Positions 49,641-62,477 of a DNA stretch of 64,000 nucleotides are shown here, piece by piece (the stretch's first letter is position 1; every line of letters starts with the position of its first letter). Source of the DNA: Vicugna vicugna (Eukaryota); NCBI GenBank assembly GCA_013265495.1, contig MU057711.1:558001-622000 (forward strand). Direction: 5' to 3'. The position numbers and the translations under genes were made by a program. The notes beneath the pieces are model-generated. The model made no database searches. It had not been told where the DNA came from and saw nothing but the letters and a program-made list of their open reading frames with translations.

Positions 49641-52600
49641 GAAAACCCAATATTCTCATAACAGAAGCGCCACATTCAGCTTTGGGTTTTATATGTCTGC
49701 CGGCTAACAATCTGAGCCAGGTTTATCCAGAATGTGTCACAGCGTATGAATTGATATTCCTTGGAGGAAAGAGAAAAAAAAAAGAAATGTTCTGTGGTCA
49801 AATATGTTTTGAAAACGCTGGTGAGTAAAGTTGGGCAGTCGCTGTCAGCGTCCCCCCACACCCTGGCTCCTCCCGCTTCAGCACACGCGGCTCTGCTTCC
49901 ACGGTCAGCTCATGCATTTCTGTTCCTGGGGGCTTTGTTTGACCCTTGGAGCCCATTCCGCCCACCCAAGACAAGCAAGAAGGGCCAAGACATGAACACT
50001 CCTGGAGAGCAGTCCTCAACCAAAGAGTGGCCAAGGTGAGTTGGTGTGTGACTACCCAGCTCCCCAACACTGCCCTCTGGTGGGACGGCTGGCTGGTGTC
50101 CTTGCAGAGTTCCCCGGGGGGATCATGCCTCAGTTCACAGAGGGGAACTGGCCCTATAATTCATCCTTCCCTGTCTCACTGCCCCACTCATACCCCACCG
50201 TCAGCAATCAGGAAACTATCTCAGTAAATGCTCTTGGGAAACTAAGACACAGCCAACTTGCACTGTAAATCTCCAACTAAGGGCCATAGTCTGAAGCCTT
50301 CCCCAGGTGTATCTGGTGGGGGAGCCCTTCTCTCGCAGTTCCTCTTGAAGGACTAGGAACCCTCTTTGGGAAGCACTATGCTAACTCCCAGGTCAGATGC
50401 ACACCTGTCTCAGAGATGTGGCGAAGGAAGAAGTCAAGGTTGGGAGGGATGATCAGGATGTGAGGCAGGAAGGATGCTGGCTAGGGAACATTCAGCCACC
50501 TAGAAATACCTGGGGTTAGGACTCGTCAGGGACAAAGACTTTTCAAAGGCGCCGGCTGCCGGGAAGTGCTGACCTGCGTGTTAAACTGGTCCGTCTGCTG
50601 GTACAGGACCTGCTTTCATTTCCCGTTCGCACATTTCAAGTGATGTGTGTGGATTAGGCTAATTCCTAAAGGATTCACACTTCACAAAAAAAAAGAATAT
50701 TTTTGCTGCCTGTGAGGGAAATAACTATCATGCTCTGCTTCTAGCTGTAAGGAAATGGTACCAATCTCTTCCAGCTGTGAGGCGAAGAGGCAGAGGCACC
50801 CCAGGACTGGGCAATTATGTCAGGAAACTCAACATTTAAGATGAATGGAAAATGGCTGGGGAGGTTTTTTTCCCTCAACAACTTGGCTTGAGCAGGATTG
50901 ATTCTGGGACTGAGAAGCATTCAAGCGATGCAGCGCCTGCAGTGTTATAAAATAGGATCATTTTATAGTTGGAAAATCTAAGGTGTGCCCTATCATCAAA
51001 ACACAGGCATTTAATAATGTTGGTCGAGGATGTGGAAGCAGTGAGGAGGGAGACTAACCATGAAATGCTGGGTCAAACCTATGTTCTGAGTCCAGACCAT
51101 CACAGAGGCACAGGAAGACATCCTCCAAATTTCATCATAGACTGGGAAATTTTATCTTGCCCCAGAAGTACATGGAATGTTCTCCCTGGGACACCCCACA
51201 GCACTGTCCCAGGAAATCTCTGTAATGTTCCGCAGCAGACGAAATTCTATCTGAGCCTGTACACAGATCCTCAGGTCTCCACTTGGCGCTTACTCCACGT
51301 TCATTGGTGGTCTGTTGTATATGTGACAGGATATGGTGTTTAGAAGATGAGTGTTCCCCATCTTTCTTGTTCCTCTACACACTAGTGGACACTCTGGCTG
51401 GCACTGCTCTCCACCCGGTGAGACGCGCACTGCTCAGCAGAGCAGCTCCTTAGACTTGGTAGCAGAGAATCTGGAGAAAGGAAGAGGGAAAGGGAAACAA
51501 GAGGTCTGGGAGGCAGGGCTTAGATGGTGAAGTTCTTCAGGGAGGTTTGGGAAAAGTAAATTCAGAGCGACTGCAGCACATGAGCAAAGTGGATGAGAGA
51601 GAAAACAGGAATGTGTTAAGAATGACTGAGGTCGACATGTGCCCTCCTGGGTGTCTGAAAAATATAAACCAAGGACAGGAGTGCCTTCCTTGAAATGACT
51701 CTTGATTACTGATCCTCTTGACCTCAAACTCACCTAGGGACTGGGGTCTTTGGGTCATGGCTTACAGCATGACACAAATGCACATCCAGACCCTGAGCCT
51801 TTAAACAAAGCCACCCACCCACAAAAGATATGGCTAATAATCAATATAAATTGGCATTGGGATCTCCAGCCCACAGCCAAGTATCTGGGATCGTCTCTCT
51901 CCTTCCACCCTGTTCCTTACTGTTCACTCCAGTCTGTTCTTGACTTCTGGCTTCTCAATAGCTCTCCCAGTTTTTGGCCCTGTGCTTGCTCCTTGAACTT
52001 GAGCACAGACATTGACAGCCCTGATATTGATCCTTGCTGTCCTTAGGAAACAGCTTTTTCCTCCTTCTGGCGCTCTCCTATCGTAAACCTCCAGCATGAG
52101 CACCAGCCCAGCCTGCCTCCAGTCCCTGAACCACCCCGATGCCTGGTGTTAGCTGGGCTGGTTCTGAACCCTACCACCACCTTGAGGGGTCATTGGATGA
52201 TGTAGAATGTCTGTCCCCCACACCCCCTGGGTGACTACTCCAGAACCCAGTGATATCCTGTCTACTGTGGTGTCCTCCCCACTGCCAGCCCTGCATCTCG
52301 TCCAAAACAAGGGCTCAGCAAGTGTTTGCTGATTCCCAGACACAGGATCGCCTGTAGGTCTCAGCCTGGGAGAAATGTCAACAAGAACAGCGACACTTGG
52401 AATTTACTGTGAAGAAACTTATATGAGTTAACAGAAATTCCAGAATGCCAAAGAGGCTCCTAGATAAATTAGAAACCATTAGGAAAGAGAGATACTCTTT
52501 TCTGGCCAATAGCCAACCATTACTGATTTAACAAAATCAGTAGCTCATGGCCCCTTCATGACCTCCCCACATTGAATTGACCTCCATTTGCTTTTTTTTT

Positions 52601-52706
52601 TTAAATATCAAAATAATCCATTGAAAAAAAATTCATTAAGATTTCATTGAAATTATCTATTACTTAAAGAGAGAACTGACACTGTTAAAACAGTGAGATT
52701 TACGTC

Positions 52707-53151
52707 TTTGTTTTTTAATTTTAAATTAATTTTATTTTATTGAAGAATAGTTGATTTACAGTGTTTCAGGTTGTACAAAGTGTACACTTATACATACATA
52801 TATATATATACTCTTTTTCAGATTCTTTTCCGTTATAACTTATTATAAGATATTGAATATAATTTCCTGTGCTAAACAGTAGGTCCTTGTTGTTTATCTA
52901 TTTTAGATATCTGTGTATCTGTCTATCCCAAATTCCTTATTTATCCCTCCTTCCGCCTCCGCTTTTGGTAACCATAAGTTTATTTTCTATGTCTGTGGGT
53001 CTGTGTCTGTTTTTGTAAATAAGTATGTTTGTATCATTGTTTTCGATCCACGTCTAAGTGATATCATATATTTATCTTTCTCTGTCTGAGTTACTTCACT
53101 TAGTATGACCATCTCTAGGTTCATCCATGTTGCTGCAAATGGCATTATTTC
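52707..53151 (-). mobile_element. Young L1 3' end
   Basis: T-rich tail, antisense 3' UTR, ORF2 terminal remnant IMPFAATWMNLEMVILSEVTQTEKDKY. Confidence 0.9.
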
Positions 53152-55934
53152 AAGAATGGGTACACCTGAGTTCATTACCCAGGGTTAGGTCTATCTGCTT
53201 TTAAAGGTCGGTCCTTTCCTGGCTCAGCTGATTTTCCCAGCTGCACAGCACTTTTCCTAGGCCCCTAGACTCCTGCCCTGTATAGCTCTCCCCTCCCTCC
53301 TTTGCATCCTCATTACATCTAGAGTCTGGAACCAGATAGAACCCAGATTTCTATAGGTCTGTGATGAAATTTGATGTTCTGAATGTTTTTCTGTTTTTAC
53401 TTACTTCTTGCAAAATTGTTTGAGTATCTACTATGGATCAAGCCCTCTACTGGGCTCTGGGAACACAGTGACAGTCCTGACATTAAGGGGTTCCAACACA
53501 ATGGGGAAGAAGGCAAGACAGTGGAGAATTACAAAATGCTGTTGTGACGGGGCTGGTGTGTTGCAGAGGCAGGGAGGAAGGCCACCCTGGGGCTGGAGTT
53601 CTGTGTGGGGTGGAGGGTGAGGATGGAGGATAGTAGAGGTGAGAAAGGCTTTCAGGAGGGGGCAATGTCTGAGATTTTAGAGGATATGTAGCAGGTAAGT
53701 TAGTCCAATAGAGAAACCAAAGGCAGGTGTTCCAATCTCCCTCAATTCTTAGACTTACCTGCTCTTGAACCTTTCTTTACCTGGTACATCTGGTAAAGCC
53801 TAGCACAAAGGACACCATCTCTGTAGGGTCTTCCTGACTTTCCCCATCCCACCTCAGCTTCTGGGACTCAGCTCTTTGGTTTCCCCATGGTTCTTCTGAA
53901 CCCAATATAATAAAAACGTCTTCCATTGCATCATTCGTATGTACCCATGAACCCTCAGATAGATGGAAAGACCCTGGGTCTTGTTCATCTCAGCAGCCAC
54001 GGGGCTTAGCACAATGCCTGGAACTTAATAGGTACCTGATTAAATGCTTGTTGAATTTATATGATGGAAACTTAGACAGCTTATTGATGTCAAAGTGATT
54101 TTGCAAGTGTCAGTTTGGATGGTGGCTTAGTAAGTAGCATATTAGTCAGAGGATTCTAGGCCATGTGACCGTAACAAAATCTCAACCGAACAAAGATTTA
54201 TCTTTTACTTAATGTGCCAGAAGTCTATTTCTCACTCATACCATGTGTTCTGTTCAGGTCAGCTGGTGGTAAGAGTAGGGCGGGGAAGGGGGATTCTTCT
54301 TCACGTACTCATTCAGGAACCCGCGATGATGGCGGCTCCACCATTTGGAATGGCATCCAGGATGGGGCCGAAACAGTGGAAGAGACAATGGCGGGTGCAC
54401 TGGTTTTTCCATGCGTGAGTCTGTGTTGGTATGTGTCCCTTCCATTCAAGCCTATTAACCAAAATTACAAGAGAATTGCAAAAATCCCTCCCTCACAGCG
54501 AGGGGCCTGGGAATGGTGGGGATGCGAGAGGAGAAGATGGAATGTTTGGTGAGACTCTGCTGCAGGTAGAAGCTAAAATTCCCACTGCTGTTTCATCACC
54601 AGATGAGGAAAATAGGCACCACTGGGGAAAAGTCACCAACTCACACTGCCCAGCCTGAGATCCCCTTGCCTTGGCTCCAATTAATGCATGGGAAGTTGTG
54701 AAGCCGGAAGCCTTAGGAAATATTCATGTTATGTCCATCTTTCCTTGGAAATGCTACCCACTGCCCAGATCTCACTGGTCCCTGGGCTACTTCCTCGTTG
54801 CACTTACCACCAGGAGAGCTCCATCTTCAGGCAGGTGCCAGGAGCCCACTGAGCAGTGCTTCTGACGCTGCATCCATCAGTGTCCCACATCTTCTTCCAG
54901 TGGATCTCTGCCCCCAGGGACCCCACTTTGCACACAGTTGCAAAATGCAATTTTGTAGCATCATGTTCTTTACTGTCTCAATGTTCAGCTTTTCCTCTGT
55001 TCTCATCCTCATTCTCCCCTCTGGTGTCAATCCCTTGACTACTGCCATGTTTTCCTGCTTCACTTTAATCAGATAGCTCATCTCTTGGGCTGCTGTCACC
55101 AAGGACTTCGAACAAATAACTTTTGGCAATCATCTTTAATGTCTTCACACTGGTTCCCCACACCCCTTTCTCCCAACACCATATCCTATTGGCTTCTGCA
55201 TCTTCTTTCTGTTCCTAGCTTGGACTTATTTATGAAAGTCATTTTAATTTGTTTTCTGCTTGGGTCTATTAATACAATACATTTCCATGCAATCGCCCTC
55301 ATTAATTCTACCCGCGCCGCCGACTTCGACTCAGGAGATAGACGGCAATCTGCACAGGATAGCTCTTCAGAAGAGAGAAGGGAGATGCTTGGTTGGAGTC
55401 TGCATTACCTCTGCTGATTTGCTTTCTTTATTACCTCCCCTGTGCAGGTGACAGTTTTCATTTGTGTAAGTTTCTTTTTCTGATTAGGGACTCCCTTGGC
55501 TGCAGCCACCTTGCGTGTCTTCTCTACGCTAGTGTCCGGGTGGTCCAGCACTCCACGTCCATCTACCTCCCGTTTGCTTTCCCAGACGCTCACACTCTAT
55601 GGGGTGGAGGAAGGCAGAGTCCTCACAGCAGCCCTGTCCCACAGGGGAGCTCCGACCGTCCCCTGGGATGCTGGTCCCTTCATGATGAGCTTGCCTCCCC
55701 CCTCAGCTCAGAAAAAGTTCAGAGAAAAAAATTAAACTCCCTTGGACACTGAGGACACTTCCTGGGGGCAAATAAAGTCATCTAGGTTTGAGCTGAAACA
55801 TTACCTAGCTCATCAAAGTGACCATGGCTAGCACAGACCCTCTGCTCCTTCTGAACTTAGAGGAAGACCATCCTGGGGTGGGGGTTGGAGGGTGAGGGTG
55901 GAGATGAGCAGTTTCTGAGACAGTGGGCAGGTGT

Positions 55935-55977
55935 GGTGTGAGTGTGTGTGTGTGTGTGTGTGAGTGTGTGTGTGTGA

Positions 55978-56016
<39 letters not shown>
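55935..56016. repeat. Compound (TG)n(AG)n microsatellite
   Basis: Interrupted TG run followed by AG run. Confidence 0.92.
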
Positions 56017-59000
56017 TCCCCCCTGGGTTGTATCACATCTCTCCGAGGATCACGGTAGAATAAAAGATCTGAGATTAAGACTCCAGACCCCAACATGCTT
56101 TTAGGCAGACCCTTCTCTCCTTTGCGCCTCCACCTCCCCCTAGTTCGATAAGCAATTGGAACTGCGTGGTTTCCAACGTTCCCTCCAACTCTGAGCTTCC
56201 GTGCTTTTGTGAATGAATGCTGACTTGAGAGCCCTTGCCTGACCATAGGTAATTTATTTCAACTTTTTATGCTTTGGGCTTTTTTTTAAAATTCTAAACG
56301 AGGGCTAATAATCCATGTTCAGGAAACTGTTGTGATGATAAAAGGAGATTAAAGATGTAAAATCACTGAAAAAGCTTAACGGTACTTTTAAAATTCAGGA
56401 TCCTTGAGCAAGTGAGACGCGGATCCTAACCACGCTCTCGCAAGAAGCGAATGAGGTCATCCTGCAAAGCTCGTAAAACAGTGTGTGGCACGGGGCACGC
56501 GCTGAATAAATGGGTTATTCTTTCTGGGCTTCAAGTTTCTGGTAGGACAGTGTAACAGCACAGGCCCCCCCGGGGCTGATTTGTAGCAGGAGAGTCTATG
56601 CAGAGAGGCCTGGGCCTGAAAGAGCGCCCGGTTCCCAGCCTGGCCCGGTGGGCTGCGTGGGCTTCTGATGAGGGTCCTCCTTCCCATCCAGGTCTCAGCA
56701 CAGTGTGGCTCTGGCATAGTGGGGACATTTGGGTACTCTGAGGATTAGGAAGCTCTGAGGTCACCAGGAGTCAGCAGCAAATCCACCAGCAGGGACCACG
56801 CTATCTCGCAGATGAGGAATGCCCAGGACACACAGTAACATCTTGCCCATCTCTCGGATCTGCGTTCTTCTGTGCTGTCTCTCTTCTCAGGCAGATGCTC
56901 TCCTCAGAATATCAAAAACGGCACCTGAAAGCGTGAAGCTAAAGAGGTCTGTGGTTCCCCCCTCCCCATCCAAGAAGGAGAATTCCCCGTTTCCCCCTTA
57001 GTTCCAGCTAAAGCTCTGAGTTTGGCTCTGACTTGGGTAAGAGCCCATCCTAAACCTCTCACAACACCACAGAGGTGTGACTCTCTGATGGGCCCCGTCT
57101 CTTTCCCAGGCCCACCCCCAGGGACAGTTGGTGGGTCAACATCATCTGAAATGCTTGGGTCCTGGGCTAAGAAGAGAGTGGGTACTGGTCCCCCAAGAGG
57201 CACTGAGATCTTGGAAATGATGGGTTTGGGTTTGAGCTGAGATTTCTTTGACCTTCTGCCTTAAGTAGGCTTTCCTAGAAATAGACCCAGAGACAGGGAT
57301 TTATATGCTAGTAATTTACCAAGGAAATCTACAAGGGCCAGGGGAGAGCAAGACGAGGAAGGGGAGAGGTCCACATTTTGGCCAAATCCTTAATGGGCTC
57401 CCTCCAGCCTGATCCCACACGAGAACCTGCAAGTGCGAGTTACACTTCCAAACAGTCCCACCCTGAGACCAGGGAGCTGGGCCTCTCAGCTCAGAGCTGC
57501 CCTGGAGGAATGTAAACTTCTAGCCTCTTCTGTCTTTTCGTGTGTGCACTGAGCAGCTCCTGTAGCCCAAGGTGGTCCTGGGAAGAAGGGTAGAGAGAGA
57601 CCTCCGGGAACAGGAGCAAGCGGAAACATCCCATGACCAGAGGGATCTGGACAGAGCGCCACAGCGTTTCCCAGTACCCCGGGGCCAGGCTAGTTCCTCC
57701 ACGACACATGTCTCTGTCCTCTAGTTTGTCAGTGTGGATATTAACAGGTTGCCTTTGCTTAGAGTGAGAACACTTGGCTCAGAAATCCCCACGTCGGAGA
57801 AGCCGGAAGAATCTGATTAGTGTTGCAGCACCATTACGACCACTTAGCAAAGAAGCCCTTGTGTTGTCAAGCCAAATGTGCTCTCTGCACGGAGTGGCCT
57901 TGTCATTTCCTAAATGATCTTAAATGAGCCAGGGGTGATTGCTGCGCAGATAATCTCAGTCTTACCCGTTGCAGAAGCAAAGAGGCACACAGATGAAACA
58001 GATGCCCCAGGGGGAACCAGGCTTCCCTTCATCTGTGTGCCCAGGAGAGAGCTTCCTGCTGGTGGGCAGTGTGCACCTTACAGGCTGGCGAACGTGACCC
58101 TTGCATGTCTCTGGCAGTTTGTCCTTAGGACACCATCCTGCCTGCGCTGGGGATGAGGGGGGTGTGATGTGGCAGAACCAACCTGTTTCTGTCCCCTGGA
58201 ACTTGTTGGCAGTAGGACTGTCGGAGGCCCTGCTCTCCTTGGCCAGACTCCCTTGATTGCTCGTGGGCTCTTCCCAGCACCTGCCCTAATTGTTTCCACA
58301 ACAAACTGTTCTGTCACCAATTCTGTCCAAGCTGTTGGTGGTCTCCAACTGTGCTTGGAGACACAGACAGTGAAGTAGCTGACAATCTTCCAAACAGAGT
58401 TCAGCCCGAGTTAGGCTGTGACCTGCTGCCTCTCTCCACCAGGTCCTCCTCACCTCAGGTCTTCGGATGATTCCCCTTCCCAGGCCCCCGCCTTTGTGGC
58501 CCCCACTTGTCCCACGGGGACTGTTGGTTGTTTCCAGAATCATTCTCATCTCTTCCAAAATTCATTCACCTCTTCTTTTTTTTTCAAATGGGAGGAAGGA
58601 TCAAAAGAGTGAATGATCAGTTAAAATACTGAATGAGTGAATGTATCAATGAATGAAAGAATGAATGAATGAGCTCACATCTAACTTTCCACTCCATCCT
58701 CCTGCATTTTAATGTATGTTCTTTGGCACTTTTAAGTCAATTTCCCCAGCAATATCATAAGTTTCCTGAAAGAAAGAACTATTATTTTTTTTATTTGCTT
58801 TATGGGTCGGGTCTCAGAACTGGGCCACTGTCCATCTTTTTTAGAACAGTCTGTGCATCAGCCAGTGTGGCATCTCAGATGTAGCACCAAATTGGAATTC
58901 AGGACCTAGTCTTCCCCCATTCCTCTTTGGATAAACCTGGACCAGTTTTAGACTTTCCAGCTTCAGCTCCCTCATCTTTAAAGTGAAGGGATTGGACTGA

Positions 59001-59327
59001 GAGGGTGGGCTTTGGGGTACAAATCCAGTTTCATCTACCTACCATCTGGGTAAACTTGGGCAGATTCCATCACCTCCTTGGACAAACAGGAAGGACCATT
59101 TCTAATTCATGGGTTGTTTTAAAGACTTCATAACACGCCGTAGGTCACGTCAGGTGTTTAGTCCATAGCTAATAATTGTAGTCTCTAAATTCCTGTCTGC
59201 ATTCTGACACAGTGAGAATGTTCAAGGCACTGTATCAGAGAAGGAATTTGCAAGGCAGCGGAACACTGTTTCTTCTGTTAAGATTCTTACATGCTGTGCA
59301 AATTTCTCTTTAAAAGAAATGCAAAGC

Positions 59328-59690
59328 CAATCAGCACATGAAAAGATGCTCTATGTCGCTAAACAACAGGGACAAATCAAATCTACAATGAGATACGGCT
59401 TCACACTTATTAGGATAGTTGTGAAAAAGGAGGAATTTCTGACACGTGCCTTGAAGACATTAAGCTAAGAGAAATGACGCTGTCACTAAAAGACAAACAG
59501 TGTATAATTCCACTTATATGAGGGACTCAGAGTAGTCAGTTTGGGGTAATGAAAAGTTTTTGGCCATGGGTGACGGTGATGGGTGCTCAACAACGTGAAT
59601 GTACTTAGTGCCACTGAGCTGTACACTTGAAAATGGTTAAAATGGTAAAATTTTATGTTATGCATATTTTAACATAATAAAATGTTTTTT
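59328..59690 (+). mobile_element. L1MB-like element with internal deletions
   Basis: ORF2 piece (cacatgaaaagatgctc...caatgagatac) joined to ORF2 end and 3' UTR (gtacacttgaaaatggttaaaatgg); TSD-like aagaaatgcaaagc (59314-59327) / aagaaatgtaaaac (59691-59704). Confidence 0.75.
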
Positions 59691-60689
59691 AAGAAATGTA
59701 AAACAATTGCCATAGACCAATTTAAATTTAGGTTTCTTTGGGTGTGGCTTTTGCCAGAGGCTCCTAGAGCTGCAGATAAACATCAACCTGTGTGCTGCCC
59801 TGCTTTGTGCTGAAACTGTAGAAACAGCCTGGCTCTGGTCCTTTAATGCCAGTCCCACCAGAGGGAAAGTTCTTGGGTGGGAGCGGTGAACATGCACATG
59901 TGGAGTCAGGCAGACCCTCTCTGTGGAAATCAGCATTTATTTGAAGGTTTTAGTGCCCGATTTAGCTTCAACCAGAGGTGACCTTCTTCACAGGGCCAAA
60001 AGAAAAGTGAATTCTTTGATCGTCCATCTGCCCCAAACTGACCTCTTGTGCTTTTCACTTCATTTTAAATCATACTGTTCTGGCCAAAGTGATTCTAACT
60101 CCTAGCAGAGAATATTTCACATTTCTACCAACAATTCTGGGCCAATTTCAGATCTGTTCACTTGAATAGCAAGAATAAAGTCTGTGAGTTCTTTTTGGAT
60201 CCTTCTGATCTCAGGCAGCAGGAGGGGAAGGTGAAGGAAATATTCATAAGTGGCATCAATCTTTGTCAGGAGATAAGAATTGGAAATTCTTATCACTTCT
60301 AAGGTAGAGGAAGATGGGTGTAAGTCCAGAGCAGGGACCACTTTTCCTCAGGTCAGGGTCGGCATCTTCCCAGGAGGGAGGACGTCATTGTCCTCTGCAT
60401 CATTTGTGATGTGTTTGGCTGCAGGTAACAGCAGATCACCTCCAGCTGGTCTGAACAATAAGGAAAATGCATCCTCTCACATGACAAGAGGTGGGGTGAC
60501 TGCAGGGTCGGCAGTTCAATGTCATAAGCAAGGCCTTGTGCTCCATCCATCTCTCCACTTCCTGCACGGTCACAAGGCCACACACAGGCCATGGGAGAGA
60601 ATGCTTTCCGGAACCCACCCCTCAACCCTCAGCCAAGTTCCCTCTTCCATCTCATTGACCTGAATTGCTTTGCATACCAATGCCCAAAC

Positions 60690-60911
60690 CAGGAGTCAGC
60701 AAGCTTTTTCTGTAAAGGGCCAGGGCAGTAAATCGTTTTGGCTTTGAGGACATACGTTTCATTGCAACTACTCAGCTTTTGCCAAGAAGCAGCCAGAGGT
60801 AATGTACTAACAAACGAGAGTGGCCGCATTCCAGTAAAACTTTATTTAAAAAAAAAAAACAGGCAGGCTGGATTTGGCCCATCGGCTGGATTTGGCCCAT
60901 CAGCTGTCCTG
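60690..60911 (+). mobile_element. MER58A-like hAT element with 18-bp internal duplication
   Basis: caggagtcagcaagctttttctgtaaagggccag...ccagtaaaactttattt; ggctggatttggcccatc twice (60866-60883, 60884-60901). Confidence 0.8.
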
Positions 60912-61452
60912 AAACACGCCACAGATAATTTGTGATTTATAATAACAGTGCTTGTGAGTGGCATATTCTACTCTCTGCTGGCATCTAACAAGGATCTTCG
61001 AAGGGTTCTGACTCGCAGCATTGAACATATGATCACCCAAGAGACAGGCAGATTGACAGAACACAGCAAAACAGGGACACCAAATAAAATGAGAAGAAAA
61101 TTTCAAAGAAGTTTTTATGTCCTAATGAGCATCAGAGTAGACACTAAGGGAAGACATAGAACTTGGTTAAATCTTGTTCGACTTACTTTACAAACTTAAC
61201 GTTACAAAAATGTTTAGAGTTCACTATAATCCCCTTGAAGCTCCAAATTCCACTCTTTTGAAACTATTTTCATATCTCCTTTTTACTTCTCCTCTCTTGA
61301 AAGTCAAGACTGAAAAGAACCTTAGCACTCAGTCCAAACCCCTAAATTTTACAGATGAGTGAATGGAGGCTCAGAGAGGGCAAACTACTTTCCCCAGATC
61401 ACATAGCCACTCAAATTTAAGTGGCTGCCAAAATTAAGACCCAAACCCAGGC

Positions 61453-61807
61453 TGTGGTAGGTTGTAATGTGGTTCAAAGTATCTGCTGCCCTTCCCAAGA
61501 AGTGGATTATACAACTTCCCACAGGAACCACGGGCCTGATGGTGCCTGTCTCTGCAGGTGGAGTACATACCCTACCTCCCTGTCGAACTTGGGGGTAGCC
61601 AGGTGATTTGTTACACCCAGGAAATGTGGTGAAGTGGCGTGTGGCACTTCTGATTGTTTTGCCCACCCCGGGCTGCAGAGTGAAGGAGAGAAGCAGCAGT
61701 GGCACAGCTGACCCGTGATGGGCGTGTCATGTCAGCAGGAAATAAACCACTGAGATGCGAGGCTGTTTGTTACCACAGCATAACTGAGCCTGATCCTGAC
61801 CAATGCA
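61453..61807 (+). mobile_element. MLT1(I/J)-like MaLR LTR
   Basis: TG...CA ends, near 5-bp TSD caggc/taggc, aaataaaccactgagat...tgtttgttaccacagcataac...ctgaccaatgca. Confidence 0.72.
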
Positions 61808-61927
61808 TAGGCTTTTTAACTCTGAGCACCGGGATCTTTCTCACCTAGATAGTCTCAGCAGGGCTGCATGGGACTGAGGAGCACGCATTGTAGTGTCAGC
61901 CTGTCTGGGTTTGGATTTCACGAGCAA

Positions 61928-62352
61928 TTACAAATCGGAGGTTTGTAGCAACCCTGCACCAAGCACGTCTATTGGCACCAGTTGTCCAACTGCATATGCT
62001 CATTTTGTGTCTCTTTGTCACATTTTGGCAATTCTTACAATATTTCAAATTTTTCTTTGTTATTGTATTTGTTACGGTGATCAGTGAACTTTGATGTTAC
62101 TACTAAGATTCACTGAAGAGGCTCAGAGGATGATTAGCATTTTTTAGCAATAAAGTATTTTTTTATTAAGACATGTGCATTGTTTTTTTTTAGACAGAAT
62201 GCTATTGCACACTTTGTGGACTACAGTATCGTGCAAATACAACTTTCCTGTGCACTGGGAAATCAAAAAATATTGCGTGACTCACTTTATTGCATTGTTT
62301 CTTTATTGCTGTGGTCTGGAACCAAACCTGCAATATCTCCAAGGTCTGCCTA
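61928..62352 (+). mobile_element. Tigger1 internal-deletion derivative (TcMar DNA transposon; Tigger1a-like)
   Basis: Tigger1 left arm (ggtttgtagcaaccctgc...ttgatgttacta) fused at ~62104 to the right arm ending gcaatatctccaaggtctgccta+TA; left terminal ~60 bp not recognisable. Confidence 0.85.
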
Positions 62353-62441
62353 TAGCAGCTCAACACTGGGCATTATATTCAACATACTCTCTCCCTGGCT
62401 GACATTTCAGTGACAGTAAGAGGAGGGAGGTGAGGGCTCAC

Positions 62442-62477
62442 TGAGGGTTAGGGTTACAGTTAGGGGTAGGGTTAGGG
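62442..62477 (+). repeat. Short degenerate (TTAGGG)n tract
   Basis: TGAGGG TTAGGG TTACAG TTAGGG GTAGGG TTAGGG, six hexamers in register. Confidence 0.7.
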
